Below are positions 18,635 to 27,331 of a DNA stretch of 64,000 bases, in pieces. Source of the stretch: Nitrosarchaeum sp. (GTDB lineage: Archaea > Thermoproteota > Nitrososphaeria > Nitrososphaerales > Nitrosopumilaceae); the NCBI GenBank assembly GCA_965223865.1, contig OZ245020.1, forward strand, positions 1,056,001 to 1,120,000, in the 5' to 3' direction. Position 1 is the stretch's first letter. Each line of letters starts with the position of its first letter. The position numbers and the translations under genes are program-made. Below the pieces are notes generated by a model. That model did not search any database, had not been told where the DNA came from, and saw nothing but the letters and a program-made list of their open reading frames with translations.

Positions 18635-19702
18635 ATGGGAATTGAAGAAAAAATCAAGAATCATGTTACATCTGGGAAAAGTCCCGGAATTTCTGTTGGG
18701 TTAATCAATGAAAGTGGCATTCAAACTTTCAATTACGGTGAAATTAAAAAAAAATCAAATACGGTACCCACTCCTGATACTACTTTTGAAATTGGTTCAA
18801 TGACAAAAACATTTACTGCAATACTTGCAGTTCGATTACAACAAGAAGGGATTTTATCTCTTGACGAACATATAACTGAATTTTTGCCAGAGTTAAAAGA
18901 TTCTATGTTTGACAAAAATAATGTCACTTTATATCATCTTCTAACTCATACCTCAGGAATTTCCGAATTTTCCTTGTCTGTCTTTGTTTCACAAATGTCT
19001 TCAATAATGTTTACAGGAAAATCACACATTACTGAATATGAATACGATACAGAAAAATTTCTAAATTATATTTCTACATTAAAATTAAAAAATTTACCTG
19101 GAAGTACATGGATGTATTCAAATCTGGGTTTTGGTTTGGTAGGAAAAATACTTGAAAGAATAACTGGAAAATCATATGAAGATCTTGTAAAAAATCATAT
19201 TTGTAATGTACTTGATATGAAGAATACTGGAATTGATGTTTTAGAACCCTCTAAAAATGGGTTAGCAACTGGTTATTCTTTTAGGAGCGAACAATCAGAT
19301 TACTGGAATGTGCCTGCAATACAGGCCGCAGCAAGTTTACGTTCAACTACATCGGATACGCTAAAATTCCTGAAAGCGAATCTAGGTTTGAGCAAAACAA
19401 AACTTTCACCCGTTTTTGAATACTGTCAAAATACCAAAACCACTACAAAAATCCCCACATCTATGAAATTATTTACAAAATCTGTTGGAATTTTCTTGTC
19501 TACTTTTCGTATAGGGTGGTTTGTGTTTCCACAAGAAAATGTCGATGTTCTTGGACATGATGGTGGCACACAAGGGTTTTCTAGTTTCATGTGCATGAAT
19601 CTGCAAAACCAATCAGCTGTTGTTATTCTAACAAACAGAGCAATGAAACCTGTCCACAGATTAGGACTATCATTAATTAAAGAAATGGAAAATGAGAGTT
19701 AA
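18635..19702 (+). CDS. Serine hydrolase, beta-lactamase/AmpC-like family (paralog of 8818-9909)
   Basis: SMTK, LLTHTSG, YSN, HDG motifs. Confidence 0.9.
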   Translation: MGIEEKIKNHVTSGKSPGISVGLINESGIQTFNYGEIKKKSNTVPTPDTTFEIGSMTKTFTAILAVRLQQEGILSLDEHITEFLPELKDSMFDKNNVTLYHLLTHTSGISEFSLSVFVSQMSSIMFTGKSHITEYEYDTEKFLNYISTLKLKNLPGSTWMYSNLGFGLVGKILERITGKSYEDLVKNHICNVLDMKNTGIDVLEPSKNGLATGYSFRSEQSDYWNVPAIQAAASLRSTTSDTLKFLKANLGLSKTKLSPVFEYCQNTKTTTKIPTSMKLFTKSVGIFLSTFRIGWFVFPQENVDVLGHDGGTQGFSSFMCMNLQNQSAVVILTNRAMKPVHRLGLSLIKEMENES

Positions 19703-20714
19703 AAGATTCTTCAAGTATTTGAGCATCAGTATTGCCATTTTGATTTTAGGTTTTCTTGCTGTAGCACAAATTGCATATCAAAGTGTACCTCAAATCGAAC
19801 CTCCAGGTAAAATGTACTCTGTTAATGGTGGAGAAGTTCACATGTATTGTACTGGGCCAGAAGATAACAACAAACCAACCATCATCATCATATCTGGCGG
19901 AGGCACTCCTAGTTTTCTGTATTTTGATCTTCAAGAAAAACTCTCTGAAAATATTCGCACTTGCACATATGATACTGCAGGAATTGGGTGGAGTAAAGCA
20001 AATGATATTCCATATACTACACAAAACATGTCTGATGAATTGTATCAACTACTTCAAACTGCACACATTGATGGCCCAATAATCTTGGCAGGACATTCTC
20101 TTGGAGGAATTGTAAGCTTGATTTACAGTGACGAGCATGAGGAACAAGTTGCAGGAATTGCTTTTATTGATTCAAGCCACTATAATCAATTCGATTATTT
20201 TGGAGAAGAATATCGAGATGCGACATTCAATCAAATTGATGAGCATCTGCCAAATTTCTGGCTAATAGATCTAGGAAATAATCTTGGAGTTTTTAGACTA
20301 ATGGCCATCTTTAACACATCCATGACAGAAGAACAGGCAGAAGAATTCAAGATAGTGGATTCTCTTAATAGGTGGAATCCGCCATATTCTACAATGAAAT
20401 CCATGGCCAGTAATCTCAAGTTGTCTTTTGAACAAGGAAAAGAAGTACATTATGACAGAGGGGATTTGCCAATAGTTGTTCTTTCAGCAGCAGATCCAAT
20501 TGCAGGTGCTTCTCAAGAAATAGGAGGCGTATCTACAGAGGAGTTTAGAGAAGGTTTTGATGTACTTCAGAAAGACTTGGCAGCATTGTCAAGTAATGGC
20601 AAACACATCTTTGTAAATGGAACAAATCATATCAGCATAGTGGACAGTGATGAAACTGCAGATCATATTCTAAGTTTAATCCCTCTGATTGGAGAAAAAA
20701 TAGAAAATGGATGA
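19692..20714 (+). CDS. Membrane-anchored alpha/beta hydrolase
   Basis: N-terminal TM; YDTAGIGWS; GHSLGG nucleophile elbow; C-terminal His. Confidence 0.9.
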   Translation: MRVKRFFKYLSISIAILILGFLAVAQIAYQSVPQIEPPGKMYSVNGGEVHMYCTGPEDNNKPTIIIISGGGTPSFLYFDLQEKLSENIRTCTYDTAGIGWSKANDIPYTTQNMSDELYQLLQTAHIDGPIILAGHSLGGIVSLIYSDEHEEQVAGIAFIDSSHYNQFDYFGEEYRDATFNQIDEHLPNFWLIDLGNNLGVFRLMAIFNTSMTEEQAEEFKIVDSLNRWNPPYSTMKSMASNLKLSFEQGKEVHYDRGDLPIVVLSAADPIAGASQEIGGVSTEEFREGFDVLQKDLAALSSNGKHIFVNGTNHISIVDSDETADHILSLIPLIGEKIENG

Positions 20715-20961
20715 AGAAAACAAATTCTATCTGTCAAATGCCCTAAAAGAAACAATACGGGAAAAAGCAGACACTGGAAAAAATCAATTTATCTTTGTTG
20801 GAATTGTCGATGAGAATGATACTGATTACTATTACTATAGAAATACTGCAAAAGACGGATTGCCCATGATTAAGTTCACCGTTTACGATCGTGTCTGCCA
20901 AAATAAGAGACAGGAAGACTTGCTTATCGAGTCAATCTCAAATATCGTGTTCTCATTATAG
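20707..20961 (+). CDS. Hypothetical protein
   Basis: 84 aa, start overlaps the previous stop. Confidence 0.55.
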   Translation: MDEENKFYLSNALKETIREKADTGKNQFIFVGIVDENDTDYYYYRNTAKDGLPMIKFTVYDRVCQNKRQEDLLIESISNIVFSL

Positions 20962-21056
20962 ATGATCCAGTCAAAAAGTTCTTGCCAGAAAATGTCAAGG
21001 TTCCATCAAAAAGGATGGAAAAAAGAATAGAACTTTGATTGAGTCATTCTAATTTC

Positions 21057-21468
21057 AATCATAACAAAGTTACTATATCCTTAAGTTCAAACTTTGACGT
21101 CTTCAACATTAGAAATGAATTCTGATACAGATAGGCATTTCGTTTAAAATACATGATAAAATTGGCCAAAGGACACAGAGATAGAATATACATCAGGAAG
21201 GACATCCTCTTAAAATTGTATGACTCAGGAGAGATGAATCAAAGTAGATTACTAAGCGAGTGTGGGTTAAACAATTCAAAACACAAAGAAATCTTGGAGG
21301 ATTTAGCTAAAAATGGGTTTATAGAACACAAAAACGAGCTAGAAGGAAAAAAATCTATCTCGAAATACAAGATCACTCAAAAAGGAATTGAAATTCTAAA
21401 TGAAATTTTTGAACGATATGAACTATTATTTCCAAGAGGAGATAATGTTGAATCATAACAAAGTTACT
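21057..21468 (+). repeat. 18-bp exact direct repeat AATCATAACAAAGTTACT (21057-21074 and 21451-21468) bracketing a wHTH gene
   Basis: Identical 18-mers containing the palindrome TAAC-AAA-GTTA. Confidence 0.75.
21153..21458 (+). CDS. Winged-HTH transcriptional regulator (archaeal HTH_45/ArnR1-like)
   Basis: RDRIYIRKDIL...SRLLSECGLN...L..L..NGFI...YKITQKG. Confidence 0.85.
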   Translation: MIKLAKGHRDRIYIRKDILLKLYDSGEMNQSRLLSECGLNNSKHKEILEDLAKNGFIEHKNELEGKKSISKYKITQKGIEILNEIFERYELLFPRGDNVES

Positions 21469-21502
21469 CAATCAATAAGTATCATACAGGAGATAAGCTG
21501 CC

Positions 21503-22393
21503 ATGTTTAATTCTGACAATCAGAATAGAGGGAGAAAACGACAAAGCATTTTTGAGACTATTGACAGTGTAACATACCACCTCCATCTTTCAAAAAAGAT
21601 GTTTCTGATTATGATCATCACAGCAATGATTATTCCTCCTGCAGTATTAACTGGTGTAGTTATTGGTGGGGAAATGACAGATGGTGGACCAAGAGTGATA
21701 AAACTTAACTCCCTTGTAGACCAATTAGAAAACCGGGAAATATCATCACAGGAATTCGTTGATGAAACTCGACATGTACAATCAGCTCCTTTGTATGGGG
21801 GACCAAAAATAGGGTACTATCTTAATTTTGTAATTTGGGCTACCATGTTGTTTTGGATAGGTTATGGAATAAGACAATGGCTAATTCATTCAAGACTTAA
21901 CAGCAAATACCAGTCACTGAAAACTGCACAAAATTTGGATTTACAAAATACAAAGAGTAAAAGAAAGAACTTTTTTGAGATTGCAGATTACGCAATACAA
22001 GAGCTAAATTCTACCAAGAAAATATTTTTTATAATGTTGGCCTTGGCAGTAGTCATACCTCCACTGTTAATGACTGGATTTGCATTACTAGTAGTGGAGC
22101 CAATACATGCACCTCTTATGATCAAAACAGATGAACTGCTATTGCAATTAGAGAATGAGGAAATTACAGTAGAATCTTTTGTTGAGCAATACCGAGATAT
22201 CAGATCTTTTTACCTTCTGGGAAATGGCAAGTTTACTCCATTGCTTTATGTGGTTGTGATAAAACTGTTAATTTCATTATTTTGGATTTGGTATGGTATT
22301 AAGCAATGGTTATCACACACAAAATGGAACAAAAAATATGCGGAATTTCAGATAAAAGATGATGAAATCAATCATAAATTAGGTAAAACATGA
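21503..22393 (+). CDS. Membrane protein made of two tandem homologous halves
   Basis: SKKMFLIMIITAMIIPP/TKKIFFIMLALAVVIPP; QLENREIS/QLENEEIT; YGIRQWL/YGIKQWL. Confidence 0.75.
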   Translation: MFNSDNQNRGRKRQSIFETIDSVTYHLHLSKKMFLIMIITAMIIPPAVLTGVVIGGEMTDGGPRVIKLNSLVDQLENREISSQEFVDETRHVQSAPLYGGPKIGYYLNFVIWATMLFWIGYGIRQWLIHSRLNSKYQSLKTAQNLDLQNTKSKRKNFFEIADYAIQELNSTKKIFFIMLALAVVIPPLLMTGFALLVVEPIHAPLMIKTDELLLQLENEEITVESFVEQYRDIRSFYLLGNGKFTPLLYVVVIKLLISLFWIWYGIKQWLSHTKWNKKYAEFQIKDDEINHKLGKT

Positions 22394-22466
22394 GCTAAAA
22401 ATATCTATATTAATTTAGATAAAAGTTCTTTCCTTGGAAACAAATCATAACCTAATACATAATACC

Positions 22467-23033
22467 TTATTTGGAATTCTCCTCTATCCATTCTATAATT
22501 TCAAAGACGTGTGTGTCAGGCGGAAAAACTGGATAAAATACTTTCACTATTTTTGCGTCTTTGACAATCAGTGTGAGTCTTTTGTACATTGTTTTATCTT
22601 CCATCTGAAAGGTTGGAATGTCCAGTTTATCTTTGAATTCCAAACAGGCATCAGATAACAGTATTTGAGACAACCCTCTCAATTTTGATAACTTTGATAG
22701 TTTTTCTTTTGGTTGAGCTGAAACTCCAATTGGAATTGTATCGTATTTTAGCAATTCATCCTGATTTTGACTAATTGTGACGTTTTGAGGGGTACATCCA
22801 CGTGCGCCTGGAATATCATTCCATCCTGATGGCAAATCTTCTTCATTGATTGCCATCATTGGAAAGAAGTACAAAATCACAAATTTGTAGTCAAGATCAC
22901 AAATATTCAATAAATTTCCATCTTTATCTGAGAGGGTCATGTCAGGAATTATCTTTCCTACAAGATAATCGCATGCACCGTCATCTTCGGGTTTTGGAAG
23001 ATTAGCAGGAAGCTTTGCAAAATCTTTATTCAT
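22467..23033 (-). CDS. Peroxiredoxin/redoxin (AhpC/TSA, BCP-like); ORF track start 23084
   Basis: LPKPEDDGAC; ILYFFP...IPGARGCTPQN; KRLTLIV..KIVKVFYPVFPPDTH. Confidence 0.85.
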   Translation of the reverse strand: MNKDFAKLPANLPKPEDDGACDYLVGKIIPDMTLSDKDGNLLNICDLDYKFVILYFFPMMAINEEDLPSGWNDIPGARGCTPQNVTISQNQDELLKYDTIPIGVSAQPKEKLSKLSKLRGLSQILLSDACLEFKDKLDIPTFQMEDKTMYKRLTLIVKDAKIVKVFYPVFPPDTHVFEIIEWIEENSK

Positions 23034-23464
23034 TTGACCTTTCAGGAATTTTCTCTCATCTATAAAATTGTGTTTAGAAAACAATAATGATGCTATTTCA
23101 AATCTTCCAATTGGCCTACTCTGCCACTTTGCTCTCAGAAACAGAGACCATACTCATCTTTAGTATGATTCAGTAGTTTTGTTATCAACACAATTTTAGG
23201 TTCTGCCAATTTTTTCCATAATATGCTTGTCCCAAAAATTGAGAACAAAATTTATGCATTGAATTATCTCATAGCATCAAAGCCACCTAATACAGGGGAG
23301 CCTATCACCACTGCAAAAGTAACTATTATCCCTAATGCAGCAATTACAATACCAAAACGTCTGTTCATACAAAACATGGGATTGTTTTAGTTAAAAAGTA
23401 TCTTGATTATTTTTTTGGAAATTATGTTACAATTGCTTTTATAATAAATTTGAATTGAGTTGCA

Positions 23465-23722
23465 ATGATGGAAGAATATGAAATTACTTGTGTTAAGCAA
23501 GATTTTTTTGGAAACATAACGGATGTAAAAGTCAACGGGAAACAGCTCCGTTCAGAGACGATCATACATTGGTTACGAACTGAAAGATACAAGTTCTATG
23601 TGTTTAAAGGAGAACACAAAGCTTACGTTTATCCAAAAAGAAATTGGTTTTCAGGATGGTTTTTAACAACGGATCCACACAGTGACCAAGCAAACAACTT
23701 AGAATTTTTGTGTGAATGTTAA
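23465..23722 (+). CDS. DUF3892-like small protein
   Basis: YEITCV...FYV......L.TDP....NNL..L.EC pattern. Confidence 0.65.
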   Translation: MMEEYEITCVKQDFFGNITDVKVNGKQLRSETIIHWLRTERYKFYVFKGEHKAYVYPKRNWFSGWFLTTDPHSDQANNLEFLCEC

Positions 23723-23900
23723 AGATTCCAACAAAATCGACAAAAAAACACGCCATAACCACTTGTTATTCAATTTGATTAATCCGTTAAGTGAGAGTTC
23801 TTAGTTCAAGTGACAATTCTGTTGAAAATAATTTTAAAAAAATATCAACATCTATCATTTTTTGGATTATTATTTCCATGCATGTCTTTTATTTTACAAT

Positions 23901-24344
23901 CTAACCTGTAGTCAAAAACAATATTGCTCTTGCTATGTCACCTTTTGCCTCAACTAGTGCATTTTTTGCCTTTTCTCTGTCCACTCCTGCTTGTTGGGCA
24001 ACAAGATTGACATCTTCCTCAGAAAAAACAGGAATCTCGTCTTCCAGTACGCCAAATTTCTTTACAAGTTCTTCACTGTCCTGACTCATTACTAGATCAC
24101 TCCACGCAACCCCATTGTGATCTGAGACGTGGTTTATGCAGTATACTCCCCTATGGATCAGACAAAAATGTGTGGCATGTTGCTTGCACACATCACATTT
24201 TGCAGGAAATTCCATTTGATTAACATCAAAGGCGATATGTTTTCTAAAATCAAAGATACTGCATTCTACAGCATGTTCATCCACAGGTTTTTTCACTAGT
24301 CTAGATATTATTAGAATTTCCGCCTTATGGATTTTTTTTACCAT
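23901..24344 (-). CDS. Zn-finger protein fused to an archaeal NAC-type C-terminal UBA domain
   Basis: CDVC..ATHFC..H..YC..H..DH; [41 protein letters not shown]. Confidence 0.75.
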   Translation of the reverse strand: MVKKIHKAEILIISRLVKKPVDEHAVECSIFDFRKHIAFDVNQMEFPAKCDVCKQHATHFCLIHRGVYCINHVSDHNGVAWSDLVMSQDSEELVKKFGVLEDEIPVFSEEDVNLVAQQAGVDREKAKNALVEAKGDIARAILFLTTG

Positions 24345-24349
24345 TTATG

Positions 24350-24405
24350 TTTCCACGTGGGTACGAAAAATATCCGCCTAACTATATCCCCCATCATGTT
24401 GTGCT
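24350..24405 (-). mobile_element. Casposon-like terminal repeat (24350-24391) plus 14-bp target-like flank (24392-24405); right boundary of the island
   Basis: Minus strand: AGCACAACATGATG | GGGGATATAGTTAGGCGGATATTTTTCGTAC CCACGTGGAAA; same 31-nt spacing and first 11 nt identical to the 11044 spacer. Confidence 0.7.
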
Positions 24406-24625
24406 CCCAATCAAATTTGAATCCATCAAAAATATTCTCTTTTATTGATGATATTGTTCAGTCTTACTAATACCTAATTATGATTATTGATTCGATAAAG
24501 ATTTTAGAAAGATACCTCGTATAATTTTAGAAGAAAATGACAATCTTACTAGATCATTATCCTACATACACAAAAAATACCGTATTTGGAACCCAAAACT
24601 TAGGGGTTCCATACAGTGGAGTGTA

Positions 24626-24716
24626 TGGACCGGATGGGATTTGAACCCACGACCTTTGCGGGAAATTCCTTACGCAGTGTGAGTGCGTTATCCAAACCAA
24701 ACTAGACGACCGGTCC
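24626..24716 (-). tRNA. tRNA-Val(CAC) with a 16-nt non-canonical intron (24655-24670)
   Basis: Acceptor GGACCGG/CCGGTCC-A; anticodon arm ACGCA-CTCACAC-TGCGT; T-arm GTGGG-TTCAAAT-CCCAT; BHB motif (TGCG/CGCA helix, TAA and AAG bulges); splicing restores the AGGTC variable loop and 75 nt. Confidence 0.93.
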
Positions 24717-24811
24717 AACAAATAAACAAAACAAGAACCTTTTTTGTCTTTAGGTTAGGCTGTATATTGCGATAACCTTGACCTTTTCTACTTCTACTCA
24801 AAATAATTATT

Positions 24812-25060
24812 GTGTCTCTGCAAGAATTTGATGCAATTATAGATAAAATGCAATTAGCATTTGAATACTCTCTAAATCTAGGCCAACCTATTGAAGCGGT
24901 AAAGATTCTGTACCAAATGAATGAGCAATTACCTGATGACTTGCAATTATTATTTGAAGATCCCGAAAATGAAGATGCTGTAGACTCATTTATCTCCCAA
25001 TACAAAACTCAGATAAAATCTGCAATAGTCGAATATAGGCAAAGATTGATGAGTTATTAA
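24812..25060 (+). CDS. Conserved-looking hypothetical protein
   Basis: 82 aa acidic helical ORF between the tRNA and rpl40e. Confidence 0.65.
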   Translation: MSLQEFDAIIDKMQLAFEYSLNLGQPIEAVKILYQMNEQLPDDLQLLFEDPENEDAVDSFISQYKTQIKSAIVEYRQRLMSY

Positions 25061-25071
25061 AATTAAAAATT

Positions 25072-25239
25072 CTATTTTTTTACGCCAAGGTTTCTGTTCT
25101 TTAGTCTCAAGTATGGATTTCTACATTTTCTGCATCTTGTAGCTCCTATGTCATTTCTACAACCACAATTAAAACAGATTCTCATGACAAGACGGGAATT
25201 TTGAGCAATACGTTTCTTTTCTGGATCTGTGATTGGCAT
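25072..25239 (-). CDS. rpl40e: 50S ribosomal protein L40e (55 aa, below ORF-track cutoff)
   Basis: MPITDPEKKRIAQNSRLVMRICFNCGCRNDIGATRCRKCRNPYLRLK. Confidence 0.92.
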   Translation of the reverse strand: MPITDPEKKRIAQNSRLVMRICFNCGCRNDIGATRCRKCRNPYLRLKNRNLGVKK

Positions 25240-25271
25240 TGATTTACTCCTCTCTGTATCTCTCTTTTATT

Positions 25272-26189
25272 CTAATCGGATTTTTCCATTTTTCCTGCTA
25301 ATAAAACAGGTACTTCGGCAGGTCTTTTGGCTACTGGGATGTTTGCTTTGTTAAACATTGAAACTTTGGATTCAGCTGAACCATAAGTTCCCATTACGAT
25401 TGCTCCTGCATGTCCCATTCTCTTTTCTTTTGGAGCTGCTCTTCCTGCAATATAAGCTACAGTTGGTTTGTTAAATCCACTATCGATAATTCTTTGAGCC
25501 AAAATTTCTTCAGAGTCTCCGCCAATTTCTCCTACTACTACCATTCCTTCCAAATCCGGAATATCTTTTACCATATCAAATGCATCAATCATCCTTGTTC
25601 CATTAATTGGGTCTCCTCCAATTCCTATGGTAATCGATTGACCAAATCCTGCATTTGTTAATGCATCTGAAATCTCATAAAGTAATGTTCCACTTTTTGA
25701 CAATACTGCAATTTTCCCTGCTTTAAATGGGGTCGGAGGCATTATTCCAACTTTGATTACTTCTGGAATCATAATTCCTGGAGTATTTGGACCAATGATC
25801 ACTGCATCTTTTTCTTTTGCTAAATTCAAAACCTCCATAGTATCTCTGACTGGGACATGCTCAGGAATTGCAACAAGCAATTTAATTCCGGCCTCTAGTG
25901 CTTCTTTTGCAGCACCTAAGAAGAATTTTGCTGGAACATAAATAATCGAAATCTTTGCACCTGTGGCATCTACTGCCTCTTGCATTGTATTGTAAATTGG
26001 AACTTTGTCATCAAATTTCTGCCCTCCTTTTCCAGGGGTAACTCCTGCAACAACATTTGTTCCATAATTCATCATATTTCTTGCATGAAGTGAGCCATAT
26101 GCTCCTGTAATTCCTTGAATGATTACTCCTTTTTTCTTGTAATCTGAATCTTCTGGATTTCCTTGTAGTGTTCTAAAAATGTCTATCAA
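25272..26189 (-). CDS. sucD: Succinate-CoA ligase alpha subunit
   Basis: QGITG, GVTPGKGG, IIGPNTPG, KRMGHAGA phospho-His motif. Confidence 0.97.
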   Translation of the reverse strand: MIDIFRTLQGNPEDSDYKKKGVIIQGITGAYGSLHARNMMNYGTNVVAGVTPGKGGQKFDDKVPIYNTMQEAVDATGAKISIIYVPAKFFLGAAKEALEAGIKLLVAIPEHVPVRDTMEVLNLAKEKDAVIIGPNTPGIMIPEVIKVGIMPPTPFKAGKIAVLSKSGTLLYEISDALTNAGFGQSITIGIGGDPINGTRMIDAFDMVKDIPDLEGMVVVGEIGGDSEEILAQRIIDSGFNKPTVAYIAGRAAPKEKRMGHAGAIVMGTYGSAESKVSMFNKANIPVAKRPAEVPVLLAGKMEKSD

Positions 26190-27292
26190 TTCTTTACTCC
26201 CATCACTGCTGCATTGATTGCCTCTTCTACTGAGTCAAAAATCTTTGTTCTAGATCCTTGGAGCATTTCTTTTGCTTTGTCTGATTCTGTACCTTTTAGT
26301 CTTGAAAATACTGGAAGGTCAATTAAATTATTTTCATATGCCTTTAAGAATGCCTCTGCAACTACTGTTGTCTTTACAATTCCTCCATAGAGATTTACAA
26401 GAATTCCCTTTATTCTGTCCATTTTACTAATCAAGGTCAATGCTTCATAAACTGATTCAGTTGTAGCGCCGCCACCCACATCTAAAAAGCATGCTGGCTT
26501 TCCACCATTGTCTGATAGCATGTCAAGTGTTGACATTACTAATCCTGCACCATTTCCAACAACTGCAATGTCTCCATCTAACTCCACAAGTGAGAATCCA
26601 CTCTTTTCAGCTCGTTCTTCAATTTCTGTTTTTTCTTGATACTTTTGTAATTCTGGATGTCTAAAGTTACTATTATCATCTGTCACAAATTTTCCATCTA
26701 ATGCCATCAATGAGTTATCTTGCATTATTGCAAGTGGATTGATTTCAGCTAACTCTGCTTCTTTTTCTATGGTGAGTTTTGATAGCTTTTGTAATATTTC
26801 TACAAAGCCATCTGCAGATTTTCCTTCTAGGCCCATCTCATTTGCAACTTCTTTTGCAATTTCTTCAGAAACATCGCCTAAACCGACTTCTTTAATTATC
26901 TGGTTTTTTACTGATTCAATTTCCACTCCTCCTTCTGATGATGCAATAATTGTGTAACATCTCTTTGAGCGATTAAGAAATATTGAAAGATACAACTCTT
27001 TTTTGATATCTGCCATTTTTTCAAGAAGAATTGCCCTTGCTTTTTCTCCTTTTATTGTCAATCCCATGACCTGGGGGTATTTTAGCTCAAATTCATCATC
27101 ATTTTGACATTTCTGAATGCCTCCTGCTTTTCCTCTTCCTCCTACTGGAACCTGAATTTTAATTACAAATGGATATCCTAATTCTTTTGCATGATTTCTG
27201 CCCTCTTCAATTGTTGTTGATGATTTGCTTGGAAGCAGATTTATTCCATATTCTCTGAATAATTCTTTTGCTTGGAATTCTAATAATCGCAT
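26186..27292 (-). CDS. sucC: Succinate-CoA ligase beta subunit
   Basis: LLEFQAKELF, GGRGKAGG, EINPL, GNGAGLVMSTLD, FLDVGGGA. Confidence 0.97.
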   Translation of the reverse strand: MRLLEFQAKELFREYGINLLPSKSSTTIEEGRNHAKELGYPFVIKIQVPVGGRGKAGGIQKCQNDDEFELKYPQVMGLTIKGEKARAILLEKMADIKKELYLSIFLNRSKRCYTIIASSEGGVEIESVKNQIIKEVGLGDVSEEIAKEVANEMGLEGKSADGFVEILQKLSKLTIEKEAELAEINPLAIMQDNSLMALDGKFVTDDNSNFRHPELQKYQEKTEIEERAEKSGFSLVELDGDIAVVGNGAGLVMSTLDMLSDNGGKPACFLDVGGGATTESVYEALTLISKMDRIKGILVNLYGGIVKTTVVAEAFLKAYENNLIDLPVFSRLKGTESDKAKEMLQGSRTKIFDSVEEAINAAVMGVKN

Positions 27293-27331
27293 GTAAAAAT
27301 CATGAAAATTATGGTCTTTATTAACTATGAG

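Noticed and set aside
24587-24611. Hairpin TGGAACCC-N9-GGGTTCCA downstream of tRNA-Val
   Set aside because: Could be a terminator or an integration relic, but it is a single copy with no corroborating context.
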